This document shows positions 29,681 to 40,264 of a stretch of 47,119 nt of DNA, one piece after another (position 1 is the stretch's first letter; the number at the start of each line of letters is the position of its first letter). Both the position numbers and the translations under genes were made by a program. Origin of the DNA: an uncultured delta proteobacterium (GTDB lineage: Bacteria > Desulfobacterota > Binatia > UBA9968); the NCBI GenBank assembly GCA_963755715.1, contig CAVWLW010000039.1:1-47119 (forward strand), given 5' to 3'. Under the pieces are notes generated by a model. That model had not been told where the DNA came from. It saw only the letters and a program-made list of their open reading frames with translations, and made no database searches.

Positions 29681-30220
29681 TTATTTGGAAATCTTCAGCG
29701 CAACGCCGAGCGGCATCGCAGTCTCACCAATATTCAGAGCCGTGCCTAATTCCGACATTTCGTAGGATGAGACTTTCCCCGTCGAAAGTCCTTCTTTTTT
29801 GGCGGCATCCAAAACGTCGGCTTTGGGGGCTTTGATCACGTATTTGACATTGCTGCCGTCCTTCAGAGTCATCGAGAGAACCGTTTCCTTTCCTTCTTCC
29901 GTCGGCAATGTCTGAAGTGTGGCAACTTGAGTCGCGAGGGTGGTTTGGCTCACGGTATATTTATACAGCCAGATAAAGGAACCGATAATGGCGACGATAA
30001 GCAACCAGGCATATTGGCCGATCCTTTTCTGTCTTTGCACAGCCTGGCGTCTCTGTGTATCGAAGAAACGGCGAAAAGTGTTCGCGTCTGCCGCCGCTCT
30101 CTTTTCTGGATCTTGCTCCGATGAACTAGGAGGCTGATCGAAAGAAAGCCCGATACTGTTCAATATCATGCCCACGATCACTAACACCAAGGGAATGGCG
30201 ACTATCAACACGGGATTCAT
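29681..30220 (-). CDS. Hypothetical membrane protein (2 TM)
   Basis: AAGGAGG RBS; hydrophobic VLIVAIPLVLVIVGMIL and YAWLLIVAIIGSFIWLY. Confidence 0.75.
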   Translation of the reverse strand: MNPVLIVAIPLVLVIVGMILNSIGLSFDQPPSSSEQDPEKRAAADANTFRRFFDTQRRQAVQRQKRIGQYAWLLIVAIIGSFIWLYKYTVSQTTLATQVATLQTLPTEEGKETVLSMTLKDGSNVKYVIKAPKADVLDAAKKEGLSTGKVSSYEMSELGTALNIGETAMPLGVALKISK

Positions 30221-30548
30221 AATTCTGCCTCCTTTTGGATCTACTCGGATCTACTCCGAGATTCCACGGTTGTCGTGCTCGACAAAGTCAGTACGCATTT
30301 TTTTGCGTCCGGTCAAGTGTTTTGTTGATTTGGCGGATTTCCGTGGCGTAGCTCTCTCTCAAGCTATCACGTAATTTGCCCTTGCCGTGATCGACTGCTT
30401 GCTCCGGCGACGGTCCTCGGTACGATGGACCCATTCCTTGCGGTCGGAATCTCGTGCAAGATCTCAGATTTCAAATAAAATAGAAATAGAATAGGGATCA
30501 AGTTGATACAACTGGCAGCGTACTCCCGCTATACTATTACATAAAAAG

Positions 30549-31834
30549 ATGAGCACGGTTCCTTTACAATCAACAAAGCCGCTATGGGTAGAACGAATGA
30601 AGCCGGGTTGTTGGTATCAAATTTCCGGCGATCATCCGGACCTCGAGTTATCACCCACGCCTGCGGGTACTCGGTATCTTATGGACACCGATCCAGCGGG
30701 TGATGTCAAGATCAATCCCGCCAAAGGAGCGAAGGAGAGATTGCGACGATGGCTGGGCCGGCGCCCTCATGCGCCCTGGGGAGGACGCTGCGGGTTTCCC
30801 TCGATCACCGAAGGCTGGAACGGCGCGGTGTTCGCATCGCGTTTGGGAGTTAGCGGCTCGATGATTGTCTTCGGCGGCGGCCACAATGACTACTTCGGCT
30901 CCGACGTTCACGCATTTGATCTCAGCACGAGGCAGTGGTCACGAATTTCGGATGGCTATGTTGCAGGAGGGGCTGACGCCTATGGCGCGGGCGCGGTCTA
31001 CCCCGACTCGGTTTATCCTGACGGTTCGCCGTTGCCGCCGCATACTTACGGTTATGTGCAATATGATCCCGTGGGGAATGATTATCTGCTGCTCAAGGGG
31101 CAGTTGGAACTAGGGCCGGAGGTAAAAGCGACACCGATATCGCATATGTTTAATCTCGATTCATTGACATGGCGCAGAGGTCCTAAACATCCGTCGGCGA
31201 TTCTCGACTCGGGCGGTTGGACGACCTGGGATGCATCGCGGCGGATTCTCTGGGGCCACTCCGGCGAGAATGGCAACGGGTTTATCGGTTTCACCCCCGA
31301 TGGCGACAACGGCGATGGCACTTTTGGCTCCTGGACGACGCTTTATCCAAAGAAAGTTCAGCGAGCCGATCACAATACGATGGCGATCGATCCAGTGCGC
31401 GATATTATCGTCGTGATTGTCAGCGCCGCAAATGCGCTTTATGCGCTCGACCCAAGTGCGCCGGCGGGAGAACTGGTGCGGCTTTCATGTTCGGGGGATC
31501 AACCGGTTCTTGCAGAGTTTGCCGCGCTGGAATACGCGCCAAATCTGCATCGATTCGTTTATTTCTCCGCGAAAAATGGGCCGCGGCTTTATTCGATCAC
31601 CGAACCGGACGGCTCTTCGTGGCCACAGCTGACTAACGGCGATGGAAATGGAGATGTATTCTCAATGCAGACAACCGCCTCGACCCGATCGCGCATGCGG
31701 CAACGAATACAAAGTACGATCTTAACAGAGATCACACCTTCGGGCGCTTTCGCGTCGCTACCTATGGGATAGTCGATTTGGCGGTTCTGATTCGCCACGT
31801 GGATACGCCGGTTTATGCGATGATGCTCAATTAG
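30549..31834 (+). CDS. Hypothetical Kelch-like/beta-propeller protein (indel near 31645)
   Basis: MIVFGGGHNDYFGSDVHAFDLSTRQWSRI, HTYGYVQYDP, HNTMAIDP, LEYAPNL repeats; corrected C-terminus HTFGRFRVATY...VYAMMLN*. Confidence 0.75.
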
Positions 31835-31989
31835 TGATGGGCTTCGATCTCTTTAAGGTGCGTTACGCTATCCTCGCGGCTCGAACGCGGCATCTAGCGC
31901 GCTTCCCAAGCTAGAATATAAGAGCTAAGATTTCGTACGGAGCAAGAGCGATCGTTCCGCATCGGTCAAACGTATCAAAGGAGGGATTT

Positions 31990-32355
31990 ATGTCGATAAA
32001 GCTAAATCACACGATTGTGCCGGCGAAGGATAAAGAGGCTGCGGCGAAATTCTTCGCGAAGATTTTCGGCCTCAACTACGAAGGGTCCATGGGTCATTTC
32101 GCGCCCGTGCGTGTCAACGAGGAGCTGACGCTGGACTTTGACAACGCCGAGTCTTTCGAGCCGCATCACTATGCGTTTCACGTCAGCGATGACGAATTCG
32201 ATGCAATCTTCAAGCGCGTGCAAGAAGCCGGTATCACTTGGGGCAGCGAGCCCAGGAGCACGACGAACCGGCAATTAAACTCTCGCAAAGGCGGGCGCGG
32301 CGTGTATTTTCACGGCCCCGACGGCCACTTGCTGGAATTGCTCACGCGCGCTTAA
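31990..32355 (+). CDS. VOC/glyoxalase family protein
   Basis: KLNHTIVPAKDK, HHYAFHVSDDEFDAIF, GGRGVYFHGPDGHLLELLT. Confidence 0.95.
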   Translation: MSIKLNHTIVPAKDKEAAAKFFAKIFGLNYEGSMGHFAPVRVNEELTLDFDNAESFEPHHYAFHVSDDEFDAIFKRVQEAGITWGSEPRSTTNRQLNSRKGGRGVYFHGPDGHLLELLTRA

Positions 32356-32402
32356 GCCGAAACTTGCAGGGTTGGGGCGAAATCTAGAAATCTTCGAAAT
32401 TC

Positions 32403-32438
32403 CTGGATTTCGGGTCGCGCTAGCTTACCCGGAATGAC
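32403..32438. repeat. REP-like half unit
   Basis: CTGGATTTCGGGTCGCGCTAGCTTACCCGGAATGAC: hairpin plus GGAATGAC tail. Confidence 0.5.
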
Positions 32439-32572
32439 GATTGAATGATGTTGTGGATTCCTGAACCACCCCACTAGAATCGTTCGCATCTCCGGCTCCG
32501 AGCTCACCTCAGGCGGGCACTCGCTCACGGCTCAATATGGATTCGTCTCAGGATATCTGAAATAGTGACGCT

Positions 32573-32917
32573 ATGGGCAACAAAATTACCGACATTGGGA
32601 AGATGAGAAACAAGGTGGGTGCTGAAACACGCCCTGGGGTTTTCGATGGCAAGAAGATCGGGAAATTGGGAACGGAAATGAATCCGGCAGTCGTCACGGT
32701 GCAAACAGAAAAAAGACTCAAAGAAGTGACATCTACTTTTCAAAAAAAAGGGTGGAAATACAAAGTCGAATTAGAGCCGGACAAACCTGAGAATATTGCC
32801 GATCTGACGCGATTACTGAACCCGCCTAAACCAATGACCGCCGAAAAAAAAGTTGGACGCAACGAGCCCTGCCCTTGCGGCAGTGGAAAGAAATACAAGA
32901 ACTGCTGTGGTCAGTAA
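32573..32917 (+). CDS. SEC-C motif metal-binding protein (PBPRA1643-like)
   Basis: [16 protein letters not shown]...PENIADL...[20 protein letters not shown]. Confidence 0.9.
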   Translation: MGNKITDIGKMRNKVGAETRPGVFDGKKIGKLGTEMNPAVVTVQTEKRLKEVTSTFQKKGWKYKVELEPDKPENIADLTRLLNPPKPMTAEKKVGRNEPCPCGSGKKYKNCCGQ

Positions 32918-33180
32918 AGACTCGCAAGGGGTACCATGAGTTAGTTCACGGTCTTTAGACGCGCGCCGTTTCACTCATACGATTTCTCTCACCATGCTTC
33001 GATGCCCTGAAGTATACTGCTGGATAATTCAAGACGATTCTTTTGTAACTCCTATTTGCAAACGCTAATCTCAATACATCCCACCGTCTGAATGCTGTTT
33101 GCATGGACGCCCTTTCATTGACATGAAACCACCGGGGTGATAACCGGCAAGGCTAACCTTCGATCGCCGGGAATCACGCA

Positions 33181-34185
33181 ATGTTTCAACTTCTACGATT
33201 CGTCTCTCAATCTCTTGTCGTCCTTTCGTTGTTTTTCGCCTTTGATGTTTTTGCAGCCGCGCGGCTCGAACCGCTGACGGTCGGCTTTTCTAACATCACC
33301 GCGACTTACGCTCCGCTATGGATCGCGGTCGAAGAGCATGTTGGGGTTAAGTACGGCTTGGACTTGAAGGCAATTTACGCCGGCCGCGTGCGGCCGCAGC
33401 AGTTGCTCGCCACCGGAGAGGTACCGATCGTCATTGCTTCAGGGACCGGGACGATGACTTCCCACATCGTCGGCATAAAAGACCAAGTTTTGGTCGCAAC
33501 GATCACCAGTAAGATCGGCACGTCGCTCTTCGCCAAGGCGGACCTCAAGAATGTCGAGGACTTGAAGGGCAAGACTATTGCGACGGGCCGTCCGGCGGCG
33601 TTCTTAGACGCGACGGTGAGATACGTTCTGCGCAGTAAGTTCGGGCTTATTCCCGATCGCGATGTGAAGTTGTTGCCAACCGGCGAACCTTATCTCGGTC
33701 TGCAGGCGCTCGAACGGGGCGTGGTCGATGCGGCTGCGATGTCGATACCGCACTTGTTCATTGCGCGTAAAGCCGGCTTCAGGGAATTGATTAGTTTCGA
33801 TAAGCTCGGCGTCGAGTATCCGTACACAAGCGTGGTGGTGCTGCGCCAAACCGCCGCAAAAAATCCGGAGCTGGTGGAAAGATTTTTGAAATGCATGGTC
33901 GAAGGAATTCATATATTCAAGACGAACAAAGCCAAGACCCTGGCGGCATTCAAGCGATATATGAAAGGTGCAGATGACGATATCCTCGAAGAATCCTATC
34001 AACACACTCGCGCTACCATCGACGATGCACCTTATCCGTCCCTGCAAGTCGTCAAAGGAGGATTGGAAATGTTGTCGTTGCAATATCCGCAGGCGAAGCA
34101 AACCGACGCGAGTTTGATCGTCGACCCGTCCTTCATGAAAAAAATCGACGACAGCGGATTTATCCGGACGCTTTATAAGAAGTGA
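33181..34185 (+). CDS. NMT1/SsuA-like ABC SBP, paralogue 2 of 4 (1005 bp)
   Basis: Signal peptide; VGVKYGLDLKAIYAGRVRPQQLL; LSLQYPQAKQTD. Confidence 0.92.
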   Translation: MFQLLRFVSQSLVVLSLFFAFDVFAAARLEPLTVGFSNITATYAPLWIAVEEHVGVKYGLDLKAIYAGRVRPQQLLATGEVPIVIASGTGTMTSHIVGIKDQVLVATITSKIGTSLFAKADLKNVEDLKGKTIATGRPAAFLDATVRYVLRSKFGLIPDRDVKLLPTGEPYLGLQALERGVVDAAAMSIPHLFIARKAGFRELISFDKLGVEYPYTSVVVLRQTAAKNPELVERFLKCMVEGIHIFKTNKAKTLAAFKRYMKGADDDILEESYQHTRATIDDAPYPSLQVVKGGLEMLSLQYPQAKQTDASLIVDPSFMKKIDDSGFIRTLYKK

Positions 34186-34359
34186 CGAAGGACGATTCGA
34201 ACGCGTTCAAAACATTAAAGTGGTCCAAGCTGTTCAAATCGTTTAAACCTCGGAAAGGCAAGACAAGTACGAAATTCGCCCTTGAGTAAAAATCGCAGAC
34301 GAAATACAAAGCATAACGGAATGAAATTCGAAAATTACTTTGGAAAGTGAGAACAAACC

Positions 34360-35400
34360 ATGCTCGACGGAAAACTGAGAATCGCGCCGACCTGTTATCA
34401 CATGCTGCATCAAGTGCCGGTGATGACGGCGCACGAGATGAATTTCTTTTATGACGAGGGTCTGGTCACGCCGCACGGAACCTTGGGCTATGAGATGTTG
34501 ACCGATTCGATGGTGCCGTTTGGCCTCGAAAAGTTGGGCATCTCACAGGCGATGAAAGAAAAGTCCATCGATATCGCGCTGGACGTCCAGTCGCGCACGG
34601 TTTTTTATCAGCGCGCCCGGGGCGCCGATCTCTACATTTTGTGCGGCTGGCGCAATCAGCACACCAATGTCTGGATGGCGCCGCCGCATATCAAGACGCT
34701 GCAGGACTTGAAAGGCAAGCGCGTCGGCATCAGCGACTTCAACAGCATTCGCCATTGGGCGATCCAGATACAACTCAAGAAGGCCGGTTTGGATCTCGAC
34801 CGCGACGTCGAATGGGTGAGGCTCGGCGTCAACGGTAGATTTCACGTGGACGCGATCCGCAGCGGCAAAGTGGAATGCGCTCCGGTGTCGCCTTGGCACG
34901 CCGAAGATCTCAAGAAGGAAGGTTGCAATGCGTTGGTTTCTCCCGCCGATCAGTATCCGGACGGACGGCCCGAGCGCATCATTGCCGCCACCGGACGTAT
35001 CCTCGAAGAGCGGCCCGACTTGGTGAAGAGTTTTCTTCGGGGCATGATCCGCAGTTATTGGTTTATCCGCGACATGCCGAAGAACTTCGAGTATGTGAAC
35101 AATCTGGAAAAGCGCCTGCGGCTCAAGAGTCCGGACCCGGAAGAGCGCGTGGTGACGCACCTGAGAAGCCCGCGCGATCTCGAAGCCATGCCGTTTCCAT
35201 TGAACGGCCGAGCGACCGGTTTCGAAGACATGCTCAAGGAAGAAGAGCGGCTGGGCGAGCTCAATTACGAAGTCCCGCCGATCAAAGAGGTCGCCGCGCA
35301 GGATTTAGTCGACGAAGCGTTTAAAGAATTACGCGGGCGGAAAGAGCTGGCGGAGGAGTACGAGCGCGTGAGTCAAGTCGAGAAGCGCTGGGGGTATTAG
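34360..35400 (+). CDS. NMT1/SsuA-fold protein lacking a signal peptide
   Basis: IKTLQDLKGKRVGIS, GLDLDRDVEWV, AIRSGKVEC, ERPDLVKSFLRG; begins directly MLDGKLRIAPTCYH. Confidence 0.85.
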   Translation: MLDGKLRIAPTCYHMLHQVPVMTAHEMNFFYDEGLVTPHGTLGYEMLTDSMVPFGLEKLGISQAMKEKSIDIALDVQSRTVFYQRARGADLYILCGWRNQHTNVWMAPPHIKTLQDLKGKRVGISDFNSIRHWAIQIQLKKAGLDLDRDVEWVRLGVNGRFHVDAIRSGKVECAPVSPWHAEDLKKEGCNALVSPADQYPDGRPERIIAATGRILEERPDLVKSFLRGMIRSYWFIRDMPKNFEYVNNLEKRLRLKSPDPEERVVTHLRSPRDLEAMPFPLNGRATGFEDMLKEEERLGELNYEVPPIKEVAAQDLVDEAFKELRGRKELAEEYERVSQVEKRWGY

Positions 35401-35499
35401 CACCGGGCGCCGTTCCAAAATTGCAGACGTTCACATCATTCAAGCCGTGGTGCACTGCTTGGTTCTATTCACGGAAATCTAAATCGAGGAGAGCCGCAA

Positions 35500-36553
35500 T
35501 TGCTGAAACGTAAAAAACAAATGCAAGGTTTCAACATTGCGTCACTGATTTTATTCTTTGTCCTAACGGCTATTTTACCGCTGCATGCACAATCGTCGAA
35601 AAGCTTTTACGCCGGCAAGACGATTACGATGCTCGCCGGCTCCTCGCCCGGGGGAGGGACGGATCAAACCGTGCGGCTGCTGGCGCGCCATCTGGAAAGA
35701 TATATACCGGGCAAACCGACGATTCTCGTCGTCAACAAGCCGGGCGCGGGCGGCATGATCGCCATCAATGAGCTTTACAATTTGCGCAAACCGGATGGTT
35801 TGACGATGAGCAACATCAACACCGGCGCTATTTTCGCGGTGGCCGGCGGCAATGACGCGATCAAGTTCGATCTGCAAAAAATTCTCTATGTCGGGCAGGC
35901 GCTCGATGAAGCGCAAATTATCTATCTCAAGTCGTCGACGCCTTATACGAGCCTGGAGGCGATCAAGAAAAGCCAACAAAGAGGGCAAGCAGCCGCGCAT
36001 GGGCGCGCAGTCGCTTGACCATACCAGCAGTTTCGTCGTGAAGGTGGCGGAGCAGATCCTCGGTCTCGATTTTCACGTGATCCCCGGTTATCCCGGGACA
36101 CCGGAAATCTTGCTCGATATTGAGCGCGGCGCACTCGACGGACGCTCTCAGGGAACCGGTTCGCTGTTGGCGACCAAGCGCGAATGGCTCAAAACCGGTT
36201 ACATAAAACCCCTCCTGACGTCGCGACTGAAGCGCGACAACCGATTGCCGAGTGTGCCGACCATCGATGAACTCGCCCCGGCCGGCACCAAAGGTTTGCT
36301 GAGCGCCCTCAAGGCCGCGCAAAATATCGGTCGATCGCTCGCGCTACCGCCTGGAGTTCCGCCGGATCGGGTGAAAGAGCTGCGCGACGCGTTCGCCGCG
36401 ATGACCAAAGACGAACAGTTCTTGAAGGAAGCCGAGAAAATCGGACTCGAAGTCGGCTTGATCCGCGGCGAGGAGCTCAACCGCGATATCGAAAGCACGC
36501 TGCGCGATAAGCGGCTGATGGATCTTTATCGATCGATCGCGTCGGTGAAGTAA
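35500..36553 (+). CDS. Tripartite tricarboxylate transporter receptor (TctC/Bug family; indel near 35970)
   Basis: FYAGKTITMLAGSSPGGGTD, VVNKPGAGGMIA, KPDGLT, GYPGTPEILLDIERGALDG, LPPGVPPDRVKELRDAF. Confidence 0.9.
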
Positions 36554-36623
36554 TCGCTACCAGAGATCAGTTTCCGAAAAAATCAAACGGAGGAGGGCGG
36601 GCGCTGACAACTGACATCTGAGT

Positions 36624-38061
36624 ATGACCTCCCTCGCCATCCTCATTGATTTCGGCAGCACTTTCACAAAAGTCACCGCCGTCGATCTCGACAACGCCCG
36701 GTTGATGGGCCGGAGCCAAGCGCCCTCCACGGTGCTTACCGACGTGCGCGAAGGTTTGCTGCAGGCGCTCAGCGACTTGCACGAGCGTTTGCCGTTGTTC
36801 GAGCGACCTCCAGTGGATTTATCGAGTCTCGAGGGAAAGACGGTGTTGGCGAGCAGCAGCGCCGCCGGCGGCCTGCGCATCGCCGTGGTCGGCAACGTGC
36901 CGGGCTTGACCGTTGAAGCTGCCAATCAATCCGCCCTCGGCGCTGGAGCGAAGATCGTCGGCTCGACGGCGTTTAAAATCTGCCGCGGAAAGACTTGGCG
37001 AGATCGAAAGCCTGCGCCCCGACATGATTCTGCTGACCGGCGGCGTCGACGGCGGCGATACCGAGACCATCCTCCATAATGCCCGGATGCTGGCGCAGTC
37101 GGCACTCTCGATGCCGATCGTCGTCGCCGGCAATCAAGCGGCGGCGCAAGAGGTTTCACAAATATTGCAAGAACGCGGCAAAGAGGTTCGGCGCGTCGAC
37201 AACGTGATGCCGAAAATGGGAACTCTCGAAGTGGAATCGGCGCGCGAAGAGATTCGCCAATTGTTCATGCAGCGCATCACTCGCGCCAAAGGTCTCGATC
37301 AGGTCAAAGAGTTTGTCGACGTGGTTTTGCCGACGCCAATGGCCGTCCTCGAAGGGCTCCGGCTGGGCGCGGATGGGACGGCCGAGGAAAGCGGTTGGGG
37401 CGATATGCTCGTCGTCGACGTCGGCGGCGCGACGACGGATGTTCACTCGATCGGTTTCGGTCATCCGGCGGGAGAAAATGTTATTTCCCAGGGCCTGGCC
37501 GAATCCTACGCCAAACGAACCGTTGAAGGCGATCTGGGGATTCGCTTCAATGCGGCGACTATTCTCAATCGTGTCGGCCTGGACAAGCTTAGCGAAGATT
37601 TGCAGCGCGATTTTTCGGAATATTCAGCATCGGCAGATATGCTGCGGGATTATATCGAGCAGATCAGCCAGAAAACGGGCACAGTGCCGCAAGCGCAATG
37701 GCACTTTGCCGCGGACGCGGTGCTGGCGCGCGCCGCGGTCGATCTCGCCGTGGCGCGCCACGTCGGCCGGCGTGAAAGAGTGGTTGCGCGCGAAGGGGAA
37801 GCCTGGGTCCATTACGGCAAAGACATGCGCGACACGCACACGCTGATCGGCACGGGCGGCGTCTTCATTCACAATACTTTTGCCGCCTATATTCTCACGC
37901 AGGGCGCGGCGACCGACGATCGTGTGCAGGCGTTGCGGCCGAGAAACCCGGGGATATTTCTCGATTCTTCGTATCTGCTCTACGCCGTCGGACTGCTATC
38001 GGAGCACCACCCGGAAGTCGCGCTGCGAATGTTCAAGCGATATATAACGCCGGTAGCGTAA
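36624..38061 (+). CDS. glmL: Glutamate/methylaspartate mutase reactivating factor (GlmL/MutL family; indel near 36980)
   Basis: LIDFGSTFTK, ASSSAAGGLR, ALGAGAKI, PDMILLTGGVDGG, PTPMAV, VVDVGGATTDVHS, KRTVEGDLGIR, IGTGGVF. Confidence 0.88.
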
Positions 38062-38106
38062 CGCGAGCCGCGCGCGGTGGCGTGGCTCTCACTTCAGGAG
38101 ACCGTA

Positions 38107-39111
38107 ATGACGAGCAAGAAGCTCCTGATCCTGACCGGATCGTTCGGGTTGTGGCTCGTGGCTGCGGCGTGGTCGTTGGCTGCCGTTCAACTCGAAAGTT
38201 TGACCGTCGGCTACGCATCGTTCTCGGGTCACTACGTTCCGATGTGGATCGCGGTGGAGGATGGTCTCGGGAAAAAATACGGCCTCGATCTCAAAGCCGT
38301 CTACGCCGGCCGGATGCGGCCGCAACAGCTCCTCGTCAGCGGCGACGTTCCCATCGTGATCGCCACCGGCAGCGGCGCGCTGACGTCGCACATTCTCGGC
38401 GCCAAGGATCAGGTCATCGTCGCCAGCTTTATCAACAAAGTCGGGGGCGCGATCTATTCCAAGAGCGAAATCAAAAGCGCGGAGGACCTGCGCGGCAAGA
38501 TTATTGGAGTAGGCCGCGCGGGGTCGATCTCCGATTCGGTGCTCAGATATGTACTGCGCGGAAAGCTAGGGCTGGTTCCAGACCGCGACGTAAAGCTTTT
38601 GGTCGTGGGCGAACCCGCGCTCGGCTTACAATCCTTGGAACGCGGCATCGTCGACGCCGCGCCGCTCAACATGCCGCTCAACTTGGCTGCCAAGAAATTG
38701 GGCTTCCGCGAGCTGGTGAACTACGAGAAACTGGGCATCACCTATCCTTCGAACACCGTGACGACGCTCCGACAGACCGCCGTCAAAAATCCCGAGCTCA
38801 TCGAGCGGTTTTTGAAAACCCTGATCGAGGGCCTGTATATTTTTAAAACGCAAAAGGACAAGAGTCTTGCGGTCATGAAGAAGAATCTGCGCGGCGGCAG
38901 TGACGAGATTCTCCGGGAGACCTATCAACTCACGGTCGGTGAGATGGAGCAGAGTCCGATCCCGTCGTTACAAGTCATCAAAAGCGGTTTGGACATCCTG
39001 TCGCTGCAGTATCCTCAGGCCAAGCAAACCGATCCGGTGGCGATCTTCGACCCGTCCTTTGCGCGGCGCATCGAGGAAAGCGGCTTCATCGCGGGGCTTG
39101 GTAAAAAGTAG
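38107..39111 (+). CDS. NMT1/SsuA-like ABC SBP, paralogue 3 of 4 (1005 bp)
   Basis: CAGGAG RBS before ATG 38107; LGKKYGLDLKAVYAGRMRPQQLL; LSLQYPQAKQTDP. Confidence 0.92.
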   Translation: MTSKKLLILTGSFGLWLVAAAWSLAAVQLESLTVGYASFSGHYVPMWIAVEDGLGKKYGLDLKAVYAGRMRPQQLLVSGDVPIVIATGSGALTSHILGAKDQVIVASFINKVGGAIYSKSEIKSAEDLRGKIIGVGRAGSISDSVLRYVLRGKLGLVPDRDVKLLVVGEPALGLQSLERGIVDAAPLNMPLNLAAKKLGFRELVNYEKLGITYPSNTVTTLRQTAVKNPELIERFLKTLIEGLYIFKTQKDKSLAVMKKNLRGGSDEILRETYQLTVGEMEQSPIPSLQVIKSGLDILSLQYPQAKQTDPVAIFDPSFARRIEESGFIAGLGKK

Positions 39112-39133
39112 TCGAACGCATGGTCAGGCGTGC

Positions 39134-40009
39134 TTAGCTGAATCGCGCCGCGACTTCCGCCAAGCGCTCCATCTGGTCTAAATCCTCCGCGCACGGACGC
39201 AGTATGAATTCGTCCACGCCCATGTCGGCTTGGCGCTTGATCGATTCCTCCACCGCGTCTCGCGACGCCGGTAACGTGCGCAATCGTTTCGCCGCGAGTT
39301 CCGGATTGTAGCCATAGTTGTGATTGATATAGCGCGTGGCGTGATCGAGCGCGTTCGGTCCCAGGGCAAAGTAGCTGGCGCCGACCCAGCGCGGCTGGCC
39401 TTTGCGCCCGTTGGCTTGCCATGCTTGGAGGATCTGTTGCCACATCTTGAGCATGGCTTGCGGTTCGCCGCCGCCTGGCGCCATGTAGCCGTCGCCCCAT
39501 TTGGCGATGCGCTGCACGATCGCCGGCACGTAGCCGCCGATCAGTAACTCCGGCCCGCCGGGACGGGGCGATTGCGGGCCGATGGGCCCCATTTCATTTG
39601 ACAACGGTTCACCCGCCCAGAGCCGGCGCAAGATCGGCAGCTGCTCTTCGACGCGCCGGCCGCGCCGGTGAAAGTCGAGGCCGGTGGCGAGATAATCATT
39701 TTCGCGCACGCCGATGCCGATGCCAAGCGTCAGCCGTCCGTTTGAAATCACATCGATAGTCGCAGCTTGCCTCGCAAGCAATGTTGTCTCCCGCGTCGGA
39801 CCGATCACGACGCTGGTCATCAGCCGAATGCGCCGCGTGGCGCCGGCCGCCATCGCCAAGACTGCCAACGGTTCGAGCGCCTGGGACACAACGCGATCAG
39901 TGACAACCACGCTGGAGAAAGGCCCGCGGTCGGCGCGCGTAGCCCAGTCGAGCATCATTTCGCCGGAAGCTGCGGCAACCCGGCTCGGTAAACCCAGTGC
40001 GATGCGCAT
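39134..40009 (-). CDS. LLM class flavin-dependent oxidoreductase
   Basis: LEPLAVLAMAAGATRRIRLMTSV, LARQAATIDVISNGRLTLGIGIG, LLIGG, WGDGY. Confidence 0.93.
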   Translation of the reverse strand: MRIALGLPSRVAAASGEMMLDWATRADRGPFSSVVVTDRVVSQALEPLAVLAMAAGATRRIRLMTSVVIGPTRETTLLARQAATIDVISNGRLTLGIGIGVRENDYLATGLDFHRRGRRVEEQLPILRRLWAGEPLSNEMGPIGPQSPRPGGPELLIGGYVPAIVQRIAKWGDGYMAPGGGEPQAMLKMWQQILQAWQANGRKGQPRWVGASYFALGPNALDHATRYINHNYGYNPELAAKRLRTLPASRDAVEESIKRQADMGVDEFILRPCAEDLDQMERLAEVAARFS

Positions 40010-40264
40010 GATTCCTCCAAAGAAAAGATAAGCATTAAATTTAGGGTCACATTAGAAATGTCGTTGATTTGCAGAAGATCGCTGCTCCCGTAAAGTATCG
40101 AGCGACGGCGGGTGATGTCAAACTTCATCGTATGCCAACATCGGATTTGCACGGCAAATTTGCGCTTGACGTGCTATCGTCATTTTCGCGCTTAACGTTA
40201 TTTTGGCTTCACGCAGTTCGCGATCCAACAACGCCGGTGAGTTCCATTTGGGAGGTAATATTTA

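Noticed and set aside
30237-30256. 10-bp tandem duplication GGATCTACTC x2 upstream of the membrane protein gene
   Set aside because: Only two copies; it could be chance, slippage or an insertion footprint, with no further support.
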